Source: an uncultured Gammaproteobacteria bacterium (GTDB lineage Bacteria > Patescibacteriota > Microgenomatia > UBA10105 > UBA927). Taken from it: 64,000 nt of DNA. The notes below the pieces were generated by a model. The model was given only the letters and a program-made list of their open reading frames with translations, was not told the origin of the DNA and made no database searches. Positions 49,601 to 58,784 of the stretch are shown in pieces; within the stretch, counting starts at the first letter, position 1, and every line of letters begins with the position of its first letter. The stretch is taken from NCBI GenBank assembly GCA_964596355.1, contig CAZQTD010000004.1, forward strand, positions 1,183 through 65,182, written 5' to 3'. The position numbers were made by a program, and so were the translations under genes.

Positions 49601-49699
49601 CACAATCGGGAGCTTGGGAAACAGCGGAATAAAAAAGAGGAAAAAAAGCGCGCTTACCGGAAGCAACCCGTCACTGATCCGACTGAAGAGCTTGTTCAT
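46688..49699 (-). CDS. fusion protein: O-antigen ligase/polymerase-like (Wzy_C) N-terminal half plus a second polytopic membrane domain
   Basis: 1003 aa, more than 20 predicted TM. A large extracytoplasmic loop precedes GSGFSTLSVAADGDYLRMLGETGIAGSIAFLGIF, a Wzy_C-type motif. The C-terminal 450 aa is a separate multi-TM domain of unknown family. Confidence 0.55.
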   Translation of the reverse strand: MNKLFSRISDGLLPVSALFFLFFIPLFPKLPIVDIVHTWVYIRAEDLLVALVAAGFAVRLIRTRTMPSTPLTWPIVTYWLVGVVVVIVSIVATSKHIVNFHPHLAILHFLRRIEYMILFFLGYYAVKSNRGIFRASVWVIAVTVLLIILYGFGQKFLGLPAFLTMNEEFAKGIPLRLPPTARIPSTFGGHYDLGAYLVLVIPILGSMVFAMKRVWHKLVFFTLAVFGLVLLLLTASRVSFGVYLIAISAMLVWQKKRVLIIPVIIASFIIMNFVGEASERFYKTFRYENVVVDLSSGKPIGTLDKLEGSRALVEQIESPAHEDLPKGSEFIGIHTDSSPRNNVNAIEYYTASSLATGSGEIATVSGSFLIQKAFVYDISLTTRFQGQWPKAFTAFRRDVLLGSGFSTLSVAADGDYLRMLGETGIAGSIAFLGIFIAAYVFFFRQLAIVTGLPRSFAIGVYAGLTGLLCNAILIDVFEASKVAFSFWLMLGIALGSLGPHGQTIREYCELLKRTLTHQIALILYLVIGVMAIFAFILPWYFIADDFTWLKWATETNIQQIPTLFTSAQGFFYRPIPKLWYVVLYSLFWLKPGPYHFMSLVLLSLSVILIYVITSNEGVRRPLALLGSAVFAILSIHHENVYWISGQSSMLAFVALFGSIYCHQLLWKEGRSIRGLILPLATLLLFVSMLSYDGMVVAPLLVWLLGLLRYQQKGRWHHGLLLLMPLYWLMRTSAGAVVPSGDYGYKIETLFVNALANTSGYLAAIFGGPRVIEHWEFLRASFRTNKQLVAGGGVLVLACFVIVARAMRRFIGQMRAPAVFLLLCIVSLAAYAGLGGMAERYAFIPSGFLCIALGIVVERIWEKETLHVKVIALMIIVSVIYWNYRESFRLKDDWAVASRVSQQSILQLRKEYFPLSNHRGFIFVNTPIRYGRAWIFPTGLGDALWHVFRLNPFTFTTISVSSAKEAFSYPHVFNRYNREVFIFEDLQLKRLLVEVDTRSEGTNR

Positions 49700-50537
49700 A
49701 GATGTCTACAAGACCGTTATTGCCAAAAACTTTGCCCGCCCCTATGGCGATATGGGCTTTCATCAAAAGCAGTACTTCAAGCAGCCACTGTTCTATTATA
49801 GAACGATGCTTCCGGTAATAGTACCGAAGACCGCGGAATATATTAATCACCGGCGTTTTTTTTGTGCCGCTGCTGGCTGCTCCGGTATGAATAAACTGCG
49901 CACTCGGGCAGAACAGCACAGTATAGCCTTTTTGCCGCGCGCGGTAAAGAAAGTCGATCTCTTCCATGTACATAAAAATGCCTTCGTCAAACAGTCCAAC
50001 ATCTACAAAGTCTGCCTTGGCGCCCATGAGGCATGCGCCCGAGACCCACGCAACGCTCCTTTGACTCCTTGGGCTGTACCTGGTAATACAAAGACTGTCT
50101 CCTTTTAGAAACAGCATGGCAAATATCACGGGCAACACATAGTCTGGACCGCACGAGGCCTGCGGTGTACCGTCCTCGTTATATAGCTTTCCCCCGACGA
50201 ACGATCGGGAATGCGCTTTTACACACCCCAGTAGGTTTTGAATGCCGTCAGGCATCACCTTTGTATCTGAATTGAGAAGCAAAACATACGTTCCCTTGGC
50301 TTCACGGATTGCCTGATTATTAGCTTTCCCATAACCAGTATTTTCATTATTGAATATCTTTTTAACTCGAGGATATTTTTTATTCAATAGTTCCATTGTG
50401 CCATCTGTTGACGCGTTATCCACAATAATAATTTCGTACGAGATCTGCGAGCCTCGAAGCGTTTCTCTGATCGAAGATAGACACCGATCGAGAAGTGTTT
50501 TTGTATTAAAACTAGGAATTATAATGGAAAGATCCAT
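49671..50537 (-). CDS. GT2 (GT-A) glycosyltransferase
   Basis: 288 aa. LSIIIPSFNTKTLLDRCLSSI and IIIVDNASTDGT. Confidence 0.8.
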   Translation of the reverse strand: MDLSIIIPSFNTKTLLDRCLSSIRETLRGSQISYEIIIVDNASTDGTMELLNKKYPRVKKIFNNENTGYGKANNQAIREAKGTYVLLLNSDTKVMPDGIQNLLGCVKAHSRSFVGGKLYNEDGTPQASCGPDYVLPVIFAMLFLKGDSLCITRYSPRSQRSVAWVSGACLMGAKADFVDVGLFDEGIFMYMEEIDFLYRARQKGYTVLFCPSAQFIHTGAASSGTKKTPVINIFRGLRYYYRKHRSIIEQWLLEVLLLMKAHIAIGAGKVFGNNGLVDIYEQALQSDQ

Positions 50538-50541
50538 GGGG

Positions 50542-51150
50542 TTACTGAAACAGTCGGGCGAATGTCAGCGTATACCGCAAATCCTTTTGGCGATGACCGA
50601 TCGGTCTTGCCGGCACGCCCCCAACGATTGTGTAGGGATCGACATCTTTGGTGACCACGGCACCGCTTGCAACCACCGCGCCTCTTCCAATATGAACGCC
50701 GGGCAGGATCGTTACCCGCGTACCGATCACCGCATAGTCGTCTATGACCACCGGCGCGGCCACTTCCTTGAACAAGGGATCGTTAATGTCATGCTCCATC
50801 GTAAAAATGCGCACCTCTCCTGCGATCGATACGTTACTGCCGATGCGAAGAGGTCGGTTGGCAGGAGCGATAAAATCTTTGAGGTATCCCCATACTTTAT
50901 TCTCCCCTTTTGCCCATACTCTGTATGATCGGCCGTCCAGAAACGCGTCGTTGCCAATTACTGTGTTGCTGCCTATTTCAATGCCCGACGGTTTGTTAAA
51001 CCGCGCAAGCCAGTGGATTGACGAGTCCCGTCCGATTTTCATGCGAAATACATATCGATAGAGAATTCGGCGTATGGTATGTGACGGGATAAGCCCGGTT
51101 AACGTTGCTAAAAAAACCCAGAGGTCAATAAAAAGTCTCATAAAAAACAA
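50542..51150 (-). CDS. hexapeptide-repeat (LbH) sugar O-acetyltransferase
   Basis: 202 aa. Repeated hexapeptides [13 protein letters not shown] and [24 protein letters not shown], WcaF/WbbJ-like. Confidence 0.8.
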   Translation of the reverse strand: MFFMRLFIDLWVFLATLTGLIPSHTIRRILYRYVFRMKIGRDSSIHWLARFNKPSGIEIGSNTVIGNDAFLDGRSYRVWAKGENKVWGYLKDFIAPANRPLRIGSNVSIAGEVRIFTMEHDINDPLFKEVAAPVVIDDYAVIGTRVTILPGVHIGRGAVVASGAVVTKDVDPYTIVGGVPARPIGHRQKDLRYTLTFARLFQ

Positions 51151-51187
51151 TGGTTAGGTGGTTGAAGGGTCAGATGGTTAAAACCAT

Positions 51188-52339
51188 TTAACCATTCTTC
51201 ATACCCCCCACTTCTTCCAAGACGCGCAATGTCTGCGCGGCAGCTTTTTCCCACGTAAATTTCTTCGTTTGCGCAAGGCCTTCTGCGATGCGCCGTTTCC
51301 CCTGCATGAGGTTTCGCTCCCGCACCGACGTCAGAAGACCCTTGCAGATACTCGACGGACTAGCTGGATCCACATAGATCCCGGCCCTGCCTGCTATTTC
51401 CGGCAAACTTGAAACGTCACTGACGACCACGGGACACTTGTGCGCCATTGCTTCCAGAACCGGCAGTCCAAATCCTTCGTAAAGACTGGGAAGGGCAAAC
51501 GCAAGCGCGTGGTCGTAGAGAACCGATAATTCTGCGTCCGGTATGTAGTGCAGAAATTTTACCCTGTCAGCAACGCCATATGCCTTGGGAGCCGCGAGAA
51601 TGTCTTCATAAAGCCATCCTCTTTTTCCAACAATCACAAGATCAATGCTTCCAAACTTCTGCTTGTTCTCTTTAAGGAACAAAGAGAATGCTTTAATAAG
51701 CCGCGCAAAGTTTTTGCGCGGCTGAAGCGTCCCCACGGAAAGGATATAGTGATTACTGATATGGTAGCGCTCAACGACCGCGGTGCATGCTGGACGCTCA
51801 CCATTGGTTTTCATAGACATTCCCGGATACGTTACCACCACCTTCGTTTCCGGCACGTGGTACGCTTTGAGTATAGCACGTCTGGTAAACTCACTGATCG
51901 TCAGCACCTTTTGGGCTGTTTGTATGGAATACCTTGATCCCCGAGTGAGCTGATGCAGGTCTTTTGATCGAAACAAGCGCGGGAAGAAAAGGAACGAAAG
52001 GTCCATAATCGATATGACGCGAGGAATACTGACAAATCTGGGTGCATAATGCGTCGGAGAAAATATAACATCCGCTTTAGGCGTATCTCGTATAAGCGCA
52101 AGCGGTAATCCCAAAAAGGTCCACAGCTTTGCCGGTTGCACCACCTTGTATTGCCACCAGTCCGTTTCGCGTGGCATATCGTGCAAGGGTGAGTTGGGGA
52201 GGTAAACTCGAAAAACGTGTTCTGGCTTGCTTTGTGAACCCACACATCCATACACAGAACACAAGATGTTATACGCGTACTGTCCTATACCAACGCGGTT
52301 TACTTGATTTGCTTCATACCCGTCAATCGCAATGATCAT
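51188..52339 (-). CDS. GT4 (GT-B) glycosyltransferase
   Basis: 383 aa. N-domain IIAIDGYEANQVNRVGIGQYAYN. C-domain EGFGLPVLEAMAHKCPVV. Confidence 0.8.
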   Translation of the reverse strand: MIIAIDGYEANQVNRVGIGQYAYNILCSVYGCVGSQSKPEHVFRVYLPNSPLHDMPRETDWWQYKVVQPAKLWTFLGLPLALIRDTPKADVIFSPTHYAPRFVSIPRVISIMDLSFLFFPRLFRSKDLHQLTRGSRYSIQTAQKVLTISEFTRRAILKAYHVPETKVVVTYPGMSMKTNGERPACTAVVERYHISNHYILSVGTLQPRKNFARLIKAFSLFLKENKQKFGSIDLVIVGKRGWLYEDILAAPKAYGVADRVKFLHYIPDAELSVLYDHALAFALPSLYEGFGLPVLEAMAHKCPVVVSDVSSLPEIAGRAGIYVDPASPSSICKGLLTSVRERNLMQGKRRIAEGLAQTKKFTWEKAAAQTLRVLEEVGGMKNG

Positions 52340-52908
52340 ATCCCCGGATATATTACATGGACCTTTGATGCATCGATGTGTAATGCGTCAACGACGTCGC
52401 GTTTTGATGCCTGCGAATCGCACAATATGCTGCTGCACTCGCGGCTGACCCACTTCATACGGCGTTTTTGCACGGCCAAAATCTTTTTGTGAAAGCTTGC
52501 CGGAAACCGCAGCACGGCAAGATCGTGAATGGTCGTAACTCCTTTGGCATTAGCAAGTGGTGGCTGCGTCCAGTCGCTGCTCCAAAAGACATCCACGCGG
52601 CCGATAAACCATTCAATAGGTATCACGTGCAGGATATTCCATAAAACATCAAGAACTGTCGGCGGAATCGGTACAACCTTAAGACGGACTCTGCGCGAAT
52701 TAGCTTTGAGTGTTCGATAATACGAAAAGTACTCGTTGCGCCTTCGAAGCGATGAGGCAAATAGCACGTAGTCATTGTTTGTGTCAATGGCAACAAGCGT
52801 CGCTACCAGCTTTTTAACATAGGTTGCCACGCCGGTGCCTTCATACACAATCTGACTAATGTCTATTCCTATTCTCATACGTACCCCTCCGGATTCTCCT
52901 TGTGCCAC
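52336..52908 (-). CDS. GT4 N-terminal domain only (truncated glycosyltransferase, possible gene remnant)
   Basis: 190 aa. IGIDISQIVYEGTGVATYVKKL...TIHDLAVL...KVHVIYPGI ends exactly where the GT4 C-terminal catalytic domain should begin. It overlaps the start of the next complete GT4 by 4 nt (ATGA). Confidence 0.45.
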   Translation of the reverse strand: MAQGESGGVRMRIGIDISQIVYEGTGVATYVKKLVATLVAIDTNNDYVLFASSLRRRNEYFSYYRTLKANSRRVRLKVVPIPPTVLDVLWNILHVIPIEWFIGRVDVFWSSDWTQPPLANAKGVTTIHDLAVLRFPASFHKKILAVQKRRMKWVSRECSSILCDSQASKRDVVDALHIDASKVHVIYPGI

Positions 52909-53861
52909 TTCCAGGCTGTTTCAATAATCGTTGTGATGTCGGAGTATTGAGGTTTCCAGCCAAATTCTTTTTTCAATCTCGTCGGATCTGCTATGAGTGT
53001 ATGCGGGTCTCCTGCTCTGGGGCCCGCTTCTTTAACCAAAAAATCTACTCCGGTTATCCGTTTTACTTGAGCGACAACTTGACGGTTTGTCACGCCGGTG
53101 CCTGTTGCAACGTTATAGACGTCAGACGGATGGCCATGCATCAGCGCGTCAAGCGCCAAAAGGTGCGCGTCGCACAAATCCTCTACATGGATATAGTCTC
53201 GCACGCACGTCCCGTCGCTTGTGGGATACGTCGTGCCGTAGAGCATAAATTCCTTTTGCTTGCCGAGCGCGGTCTTGATGGCAAGGGGAATAATGTGTGT
53301 TTCAGGATTATGCGCTTCTCCGTGAGCGCCGTCAAGAGAAGCTCCTGCCGCATTAAAGTAGCGCAAACTTATGCTTCTAACATTGAAACTGCGATCAAAT
53401 ACCTTCAACAGCTCCTCAAAGCACCATTTTGAAAGCCCGTAGGGGCTTTCAGGATTCTTCGCATGATCCTCCGGTATAGGAACCTTCTGCGGATTGCCGT
53501 ACACGGCCGCTGTCGACGAAAAGATAATGGCATTAACATTGTGAGCGACCATGGACTGAAGGAGCGCAATAGGGCTAATAACGTTATTTTGAAAATATTT
53601 TTTGGGATCACGCACTGATTCCTCTACGAGCAAATAGCCGGCAAAGTGAATAACCGCATCAACCGTTGACGTGGAAAAAATTGAATCAATGAGCTGTTTG
53701 TCTGCGGTGTTGCCCACAACAAGCTTCGCCTTGGATGGTACGGCCTGTTTGTGTCCGTACTCCATCGAATCCAGAATGATCACCGTATCACCGCGGGCAA
53801 CAAGCATCCTGGCCATGTGGCTTCCGATGTAACCAGCTCCTCCTGTAACTAAAATCGTCAT
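52875..53861 (-). CDS. galE: UDP-glucose 4-epimerase
   Basis: 328 aa. MTILVTGGAGYIGSH, the YxxxK region in an SDR extended fold, and GalE-like C-terminal domain. Confidence 0.85.
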   Translation of the reverse strand: MTILVTGGAGYIGSHMARMLVARGDTVIILDSMEYGHKQAVPSKAKLVVGNTADKQLIDSIFSTSTVDAVIHFAGYLLVEESVRDPKKYFQNNVISPIALLQSMVAHNVNAIIFSSTAAVYGNPQKVPIPEDHAKNPESPYGLSKWCFEELLKVFDRSFNVRSISLRYFNAAGASLDGAHGEAHNPETHIIPLAIKTALGKQKEFMLYGTTYPTSDGTCVRDYIHVEDLCDAHLLALDALMHGHPSDVYNVATGTGVTNRQVVAQVKRITGVDFLVKEAGPRAGDPHTLIADPTRLKKEFGWKPQYSDITTIIETAWKWHKENPEGYV

Positions 53862-54097
53862 ACGCTACCGCGGGTCATCCGCCGCCCTGCAGCGATTTGC
53901 CAGAGAACGAATACCAAGAAAAACGAAGCAGCGTACCACGTTAGGCGCGTGGCGGTAAAAAATATCCATGCAGCGAAAAGCGGCGCCGAAAAAGCAAGGC
54001 TTACTAGCCCGGCATACACAAACAACCGAGGTTTCTTGCCGACGATCAGTACGATGGTGCTGATGATAAAAGCTATGTCCTGAAGTTTCATAATCAT
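53858..54097 (-). CDS. small 2-3 TM membrane protein of unknown function
   Basis: 79 aa. Hydrophobic segments IAFIISTIVLIV, LVSLAFSAPLFAAWIFF and AASFFLVFVLWQIAA. Sits between galE and the UXS gene. Confidence 0.4.
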   Translation of the reverse strand: MIMKLQDIAFIISTIVLIVGKKPRLFVYAGLVSLAFSAPLFAAWIFFTATRLTWYAASFFLVFVLWQIAAGRRMTRGSV

Positions 54098-55059
54098 AAA
54101 ACCTTTCGGTAATACTCGATGGTTTTTGTCAGCCCGTCATCGACAGATATCTTTGGCTCCCAGCCAAGCAGTTTTTTGGCTTTTGCAATGTTGGGTCGCC
54201 GCTTCGTCGGATCATCTTCAGGCAACGTGCCGTAAACTATCTCCGAGGTTGATCGTGCCATCGACGTAATTTTTTCCGCAAGGTCTATAACCCGATACTC
54301 CTCTGGATTCCCCAGATTTATGACTTCTCCTTTGGCGCAATCGGCAAACAGCAGTTTCACAATGCCGTCCACAAGATCAGAAACGTAACAAAACGACCGC
54401 GTCTGCGAGCCATCGCCGTACACGGTGATTGGTACACCTTCCAACGCTTGGTTTATAAAATTGGAAATGACCCGGCCGTCGGTTTTACGCATCCTGGGAC
54501 CATACGTATTAAATATCCTCATAATTCGGCAATCCAGATCGTACTTTCGTACATAGACCATCGTCATTGCTTCGCCAAATCGCTTGGACTCATCGTAGCA
54601 CGAACGCTTACCGTTTGGGTTAACGTTTCCCCAATACGCTTCCCTCTGCGGGTGCTCCTTGGGATCGCCGTACACCTCGCTCGTTGAAGCGTAGACGAAC
54701 CTCGCTTTCGTATTTTTGGCAAGCTCCAGCATGTTGATCGTCCCCAGCGAATTGACTCTCGCTGTTTCCTCCGGATACTTCTGGTAGTCAATGACGGACG
54801 CGGGAGAAGCCAAATGCAAAATGTATGACACATTGTTCCATTGTTCCATTGTTTCATTGTCAAAAGGCAAGGAAACATCGTGATTGATAAATGTAAAATT
54901 TGGATTCTTCTGTGCCTCCTTGAGGTTGTCACGGCTGCCGGTAATGAAGTTGTCTATCGCAACAACGCGATACTCCTGTGCAAGAAGGGCATCCACAACG
55001 TGTGATCCGATAAAACCCGCACCGCCGGTCACGATTGCTATTTTCATATCCATAGTCAT
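54094..55059 (-). CDS. UDP-glucuronate decarboxylase (UDP-xylose synthase) family SDR
   Basis: 321 aa. IAIVTGGAGFIGSHVVD, DNFITGS...NPNFTFINHDV and CYDESKRFGEAM are UXS hallmarks. Confidence 0.8.
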   Translation of the reverse strand: MTMDMKIAIVTGGAGFIGSHVVDALLAQEYRVVAIDNFITGSRDNLKEAQKNPNFTFINHDVSLPFDNETMEQWNNVSYILHLASPASVIDYQKYPEETARVNSLGTINMLELAKNTKARFVYASTSEVYGDPKEHPQREAYWGNVNPNGKRSCYDESKRFGEAMTMVYVRKYDLDCRIMRIFNTYGPRMRKTDGRVISNFINQALEGVPITVYGDGSQTRSFCYVSDLVDGIVKLLFADCAKGEVINLGNPEEYRVIDLAEKITSMARSTSEIVYGTLPEDDPTKRRPNIAKAKKLLGWEPKISVDDGLTKTIEYYRKVL

Positions 55060-55068
55060 TCTATCAAA

Positions 55069-56937
55069 TTACCGTACGCTAAACACCGTGTGCTTCTTAT
55101 CTTCGTACACGCGTGGGTACATCGCTTCCAGCGCGTCAACATCTACGGTGTACGGAAAATCAGTCTTTTCCCACCTCGGAACCACCACGTATGAAATGCC
55201 AATAGTTTTCGCCGCAACCGCGTCGCCGCCATAGACGCGCCGGACAGTGGGCGAACGGTCAGCCGCTCCCACGTTGCCAAAGAATCCGTAGAAGTTCTTC
55301 CTTCCGGCAATGACGACCGGATCGATCATATCCGCATACGATACAAACACGGCATCCGTTGGGGTATGATCCTTAATCCATGAAATCAGAGGCGCTGTAT
55401 CGGTTGCAACCAACGGGTACGCAAACTCATTTTTTATGACCATAAGATCCATTACACCAGAAGCTGTGAGAATAAACACCGCCAAGACGGCAATCGCTTG
55501 CATGATGCGCGATTTATTCTGCCACAACCAGCCTATCCCGACAGCGGCAACCGCGTTGGTGCCGATGATGAGAAACGACAAAAACTTCTGATCAAATCCG
55601 CGCGCCATGGCGCCTGCAAACACGCACTCCACAATAAAAAGAATGATAAAAGGCCATAGGTTGCGCCGCAGCAAGCGCGGCAGTACAATTATTCCGAGAA
55701 CAGCAACCAGCGGCAGTATTCCGAGATTGTGCCAGAAATACGACAACGCACTCCATCGTGGTATCGCGGTAGCTCCTGAAGAATTCCATCCGGTCAGACC
55801 CAGCATAAACGCTGGAACATCCTCTAAAAACGATACATATGGCACCAATGCCGCGCCCGTCACAACCACCACCACAGCAATAAACACCACCAGCCACTTC
55901 CACTTCTTGTGACATGCGCAGAGAAGTCCAAGCGACGCCGCGGTGACTGCAAAAACTCCCATATTCCAAAGAAAAAGAACACCTGCTATCACCGCATGGA
56001 GCGCAAAGGGCACAACGGACATCTTCTTTTCATCCACGAAGCGCGCCAGCACAATTATAAGAAATAGCCCCAGCGCGGCGGCAAACGCAAGGTGACGCTG
56101 ATTTACATAATTATTGAGCGTCATGAAAATCGAAATCACCGATCCGTCAAACGGCCCGGCAAACGGGTACGTCGGCAATGTCCAGATAGAGCGGATCAAT
56201 GACAGAGTAACACCTTTTTGAATAACCATGTGCCAAAACGAAAGCGTACTGTGCGTGATCGTCAAAAGGACGGCAACCCAGCCGACGACTGCCTTTTGCT
56301 TCGCAAGCATCTGCGGCAGGTAATAGACGACAATAAGGAGCGACGCGAACGATAGCGCGCTTGGGATATTCATTGCCCACACAATCGGCACGCCGAAATA
56401 TTCCCATATGGCGACAAAAAAATAAAAAGAGAAATGGTACAAAAACGGCAGTCCTGCCTGAAAAGGAGACGCAAACGGAATGTTGCCTCCCCATGAAAAT
56501 GAACGGACAATGCCAAGCGCGTGTCCAAAATCAAAGACGTTGTTGCTTCCGACGAATAATTGACCTGCCTCTCCGGCTCGAAAGGTTTTCGTCATGATCC
56601 ATGCGCTACATGCAAAAGAAAACACCACCATGGCCTTGTCACTCATTGAGAGATTGCCGTATCGAGCTAATTTCACATCCTTCGCAAGATACCGTGCGGT
56701 CAATACGGTTAGGATATAAAGAATCACGCCCCACGCAATGGGTTCGCGGGAAGAAGAAGCAGCGCACGCAAATACATACGTTGCCGGCACCCCGACGCCA
56801 ATGCCCGCCAACATCGAGCCGACGCGTGCCAGAAGCGCTGGCAATGAAGAATACCACTGCGCAACGATCATCAAGCCCGTCACATACAATGCAATAATGT
56901 ATGCGGCCAGAATAAAACTGTTGACTATGAGCGGCAT
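55069..56937 (-). CDS. polytopic membrane protein, unknown family (GT-C-like architecture)
   Basis: 622 aa, about 14 TM, with a roughly 120-aa C-terminal soluble domain. No recognisable motif. Confidence 0.45.
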   Translation of the reverse strand: MPLIVNSFILAAYIIALYVTGLMIVAQWYSSLPALLARVGSMLAGIGVGVPATYVFACAASSSREPIAWGVILYILTVLTARYLAKDVKLARYGNLSMSDKAMVVFSFACSAWIMTKTFRAGEAGQLFVGSNNVFDFGHALGIVRSFSWGGNIPFASPFQAGLPFLYHFSFYFFVAIWEYFGVPIVWAMNIPSALSFASLLIVVYYLPQMLAKQKAVVGWVAVLLTITHSTLSFWHMVIQKGVTLSLIRSIWTLPTYPFAGPFDGSVISIFMTLNNYVNQRHLAFAAALGLFLIIVLARFVDEKKMSVVPFALHAVIAGVLFLWNMGVFAVTAASLGLLCACHKKWKWLVVFIAVVVVVTGAALVPYVSFLEDVPAFMLGLTGWNSSGATAIPRWSALSYFWHNLGILPLVAVLGIIVLPRLLRRNLWPFIILFIVECVFAGAMARGFDQKFLSFLIIGTNAVAAVGIGWLWQNKSRIMQAIAVLAVFILTASGVMDLMVIKNEFAYPLVATDTAPLISWIKDHTPTDAVFVSYADMIDPVVIAGRKNFYGFFGNVGAADRSPTVRRVYGGDAVAAKTIGISYVVVPRWEKTDFPYTVDVDALEAMYPRVYEDKKHTVFSVR

Positions 56938-56938
56938 A

Positions 56939-58780
56939 TTATGTTCTTCGACATTTCAAACCCATAAGTGTACCGATCACAGCAAGCAGCGATGCCGCGC
57001 TGATATAAACGCCAATGGTCGCCCACTTGTCCTGTCTGACAGCTATCGCAGGAGTTTCTTCTTTCATGGTCCATTGAGTATTTTTGAAAACCGCAACATC
57101 TCCATAGCGATGATCTTCGATGAGCTTTGTTTTCCTCAATGCAAGTATCAATGAGTCGCGCTCCTTTGGATTAAAACGATAATCTGTAAGGAACATCCGC
57201 TTCTCCACATCTGTTGGCACGATTACATACCCGATGCCCGAATCGTCAAGCGTTTTCATAAAATCAGGTTTTTGCGTCTTTTCAATGATTGCCGATATCG
57301 ACGCGTTGTCAAACAACTGGTTAGACGTAAGCAAAGGGTGCGTTCCGGACCAAAAGGCAAATGCGTCTTCTCGGGGAATCCACAGCGTGCGGGACGGCTT
57401 GAGATCCGAAACAAGCATATCTTTCAAACGGACATACTCATCGGTAAGACGAAGCGGCCGAACGTTTCCCGCCACCTGACCTGTAAAAAGAGCGCGGAGA
57501 GTAAACAGCCAAAACACGAAAAAACCGGCATAAAGGAGTGCGTAAACCGCATTGCGTATGTTTTTGTGCCTGACGCGTGATGCGCGATACGCGACGCATA
57601 TCCGTTGACCTGCCTGATGAAGCGTGAACGGAATAAGCACCGAGTAACCAATTGCTGTGAATGCGTAGAACTTCGTCGGGTCGCGAAACAGGATAAATCC
57701 CGGGATGTGTTCAAACATGAACTGGAATATGCCGCCGAACGGTTCTTGTACTCCTTTGGCTAAAAACGCGCCCACAAGCGAAAGGAGGGCGAAATAAAGA
57801 ACGTGTTTTTTTTCAACTTGAAATATATTTTGTATATTTGCTATTTGACGTTTCCTGTAAGAAACAGCAAGAAGTGAACTATACGCGAGTATGGGCAACA
57901 TGAGGAATTCCGGCTGGAGAAAATACACTTTCCCGAACAGGTTTTCCGGCCAATTCGGGTGAAGCAGACTCAAGGAATGGGAAAAATCCGCAACGCTTAA
58001 AAACGTAAGCATGCCGGGGTTGGTAAATTCTTCTCCCAAAGATGACGCTCCTGCCCGCGTGAGGATCGCCGGCAGTATCCAAAACATGTGGATCGACAAT
58101 GCGACGAAAAGCGGGATTCCAAAGGTTGAAAGCATTATGTATAACGTATTGCGCATGTTCTCGTGACCAATACCTGCCTGACCCAAGTTGCGCCGAAGGA
58201 ATCCGTGGTACGCAACACTCACCATGCTATACAACAATAGTGCGCCCAGTATAAGATATGCGAATCGGAGGTCAAAAGCGATGAATAATGACAATAATAA
58301 ACCATTCTGCAGCGCATACCTGATACCTGATGCCTGATTCCAACTGCCAGTGTCAGCATCGCCGTGCCCGTCGACTAAATGAATAAACCGCCGCAAGACA
58401 AGCGGGGTCACGCTATATGCAAGTGCAACGCCGATTTGTCCTCCGGCAAATAAAAGCAGAATGTATGTATTTGTCGTATAGATCACTGAAGCAACAACTG
58501 CGGCAGCTTTACGTTTCAATACATGCCATCCAAGCGTGTAGGACGAACAGAACGATAGTATAAAAACAGACGCCCACAAAAGTTTGTCGATTGTCCACCA
58601 CGAACATCCCACGGATGAGAGCGCTTTTACGACCAACTCATACGGATAATCAAACCATAGGCGAATAAGGGAAGAAGTGCCAAATCCGTACTCCGAATGC
58701 CACACACGAGGCATCCACGAAAGCCCCGCGAGTTGTTCGGCAAAATAAAATCCTGCGTCACCGCTTGCAAAATACCACAT
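56939..58780 (-). CDS. polytopic membrane protein, paralog of the 960-aa protein (YfhO/AftD-like GT-C candidate)
   Basis: 613 aa. Shares FEHIPGFILFRDPTKFYAF (compare RHMPGFAIFRSSFYKFAP in the 59826-62708 product) and a C-terminal soluble domain plus terminal TM. Confidence 0.5.
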   Translation of the reverse strand: MWYFASGDAGFYFAEQLAGLSWMPRVWHSEYGFGTSSLIRLWFDYPYELVVKALSSVGCSWWTIDKLLWASVFILSFCSSYTLGWHVLKRKAAAVVASVIYTTNTYILLLFAGGQIGVALAYSVTPLVLRRFIHLVDGHGDADTGSWNQASGIRYALQNGLLLSLFIAFDLRFAYLILGALLLYSMVSVAYHGFLRRNLGQAGIGHENMRNTLYIMLSTFGIPLFVALSIHMFWILPAILTRAGASSLGEEFTNPGMLTFLSVADFSHSLSLLHPNWPENLFGKVYFLQPEFLMLPILAYSSLLAVSYRKRQIANIQNIFQVEKKHVLYFALLSLVGAFLAKGVQEPFGGIFQFMFEHIPGFILFRDPTKFYAFTAIGYSVLIPFTLHQAGQRICVAYRASRVRHKNIRNAVYALLYAGFFVFWLFTLRALFTGQVAGNVRPLRLTDEYVRLKDMLVSDLKPSRTLWIPREDAFAFWSGTHPLLTSNQLFDNASISAIIEKTQKPDFMKTLDDSGIGYVIVPTDVEKRMFLTDYRFNPKERDSLILALRKTKLIEDHRYGDVAVFKNTQWTMKEETPAIAVRQDKWATIGVYISAASLLAVIGTLMGLKCRRT

Positions 58781-58784
58781 ATTG

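Noticed and set aside
54831-54863. Three and a half tandem copies of an 8-bp unit (CATTGTTC) inside the UXS coding region.
   Set aside because: It encodes ETMEQWNN in frame. The copy number is too low and the unit length does not fit phase-variation repeats. Probably coincidental.
57803-57812. Homopolymeric A/T runs of 8-9 nt inside coding regions (here, and at 15053, 16661 and 19528).
   Set aside because: Short; they encode Lys/Phe codons in frame. There is no evidence of slipped-strand phase variation.
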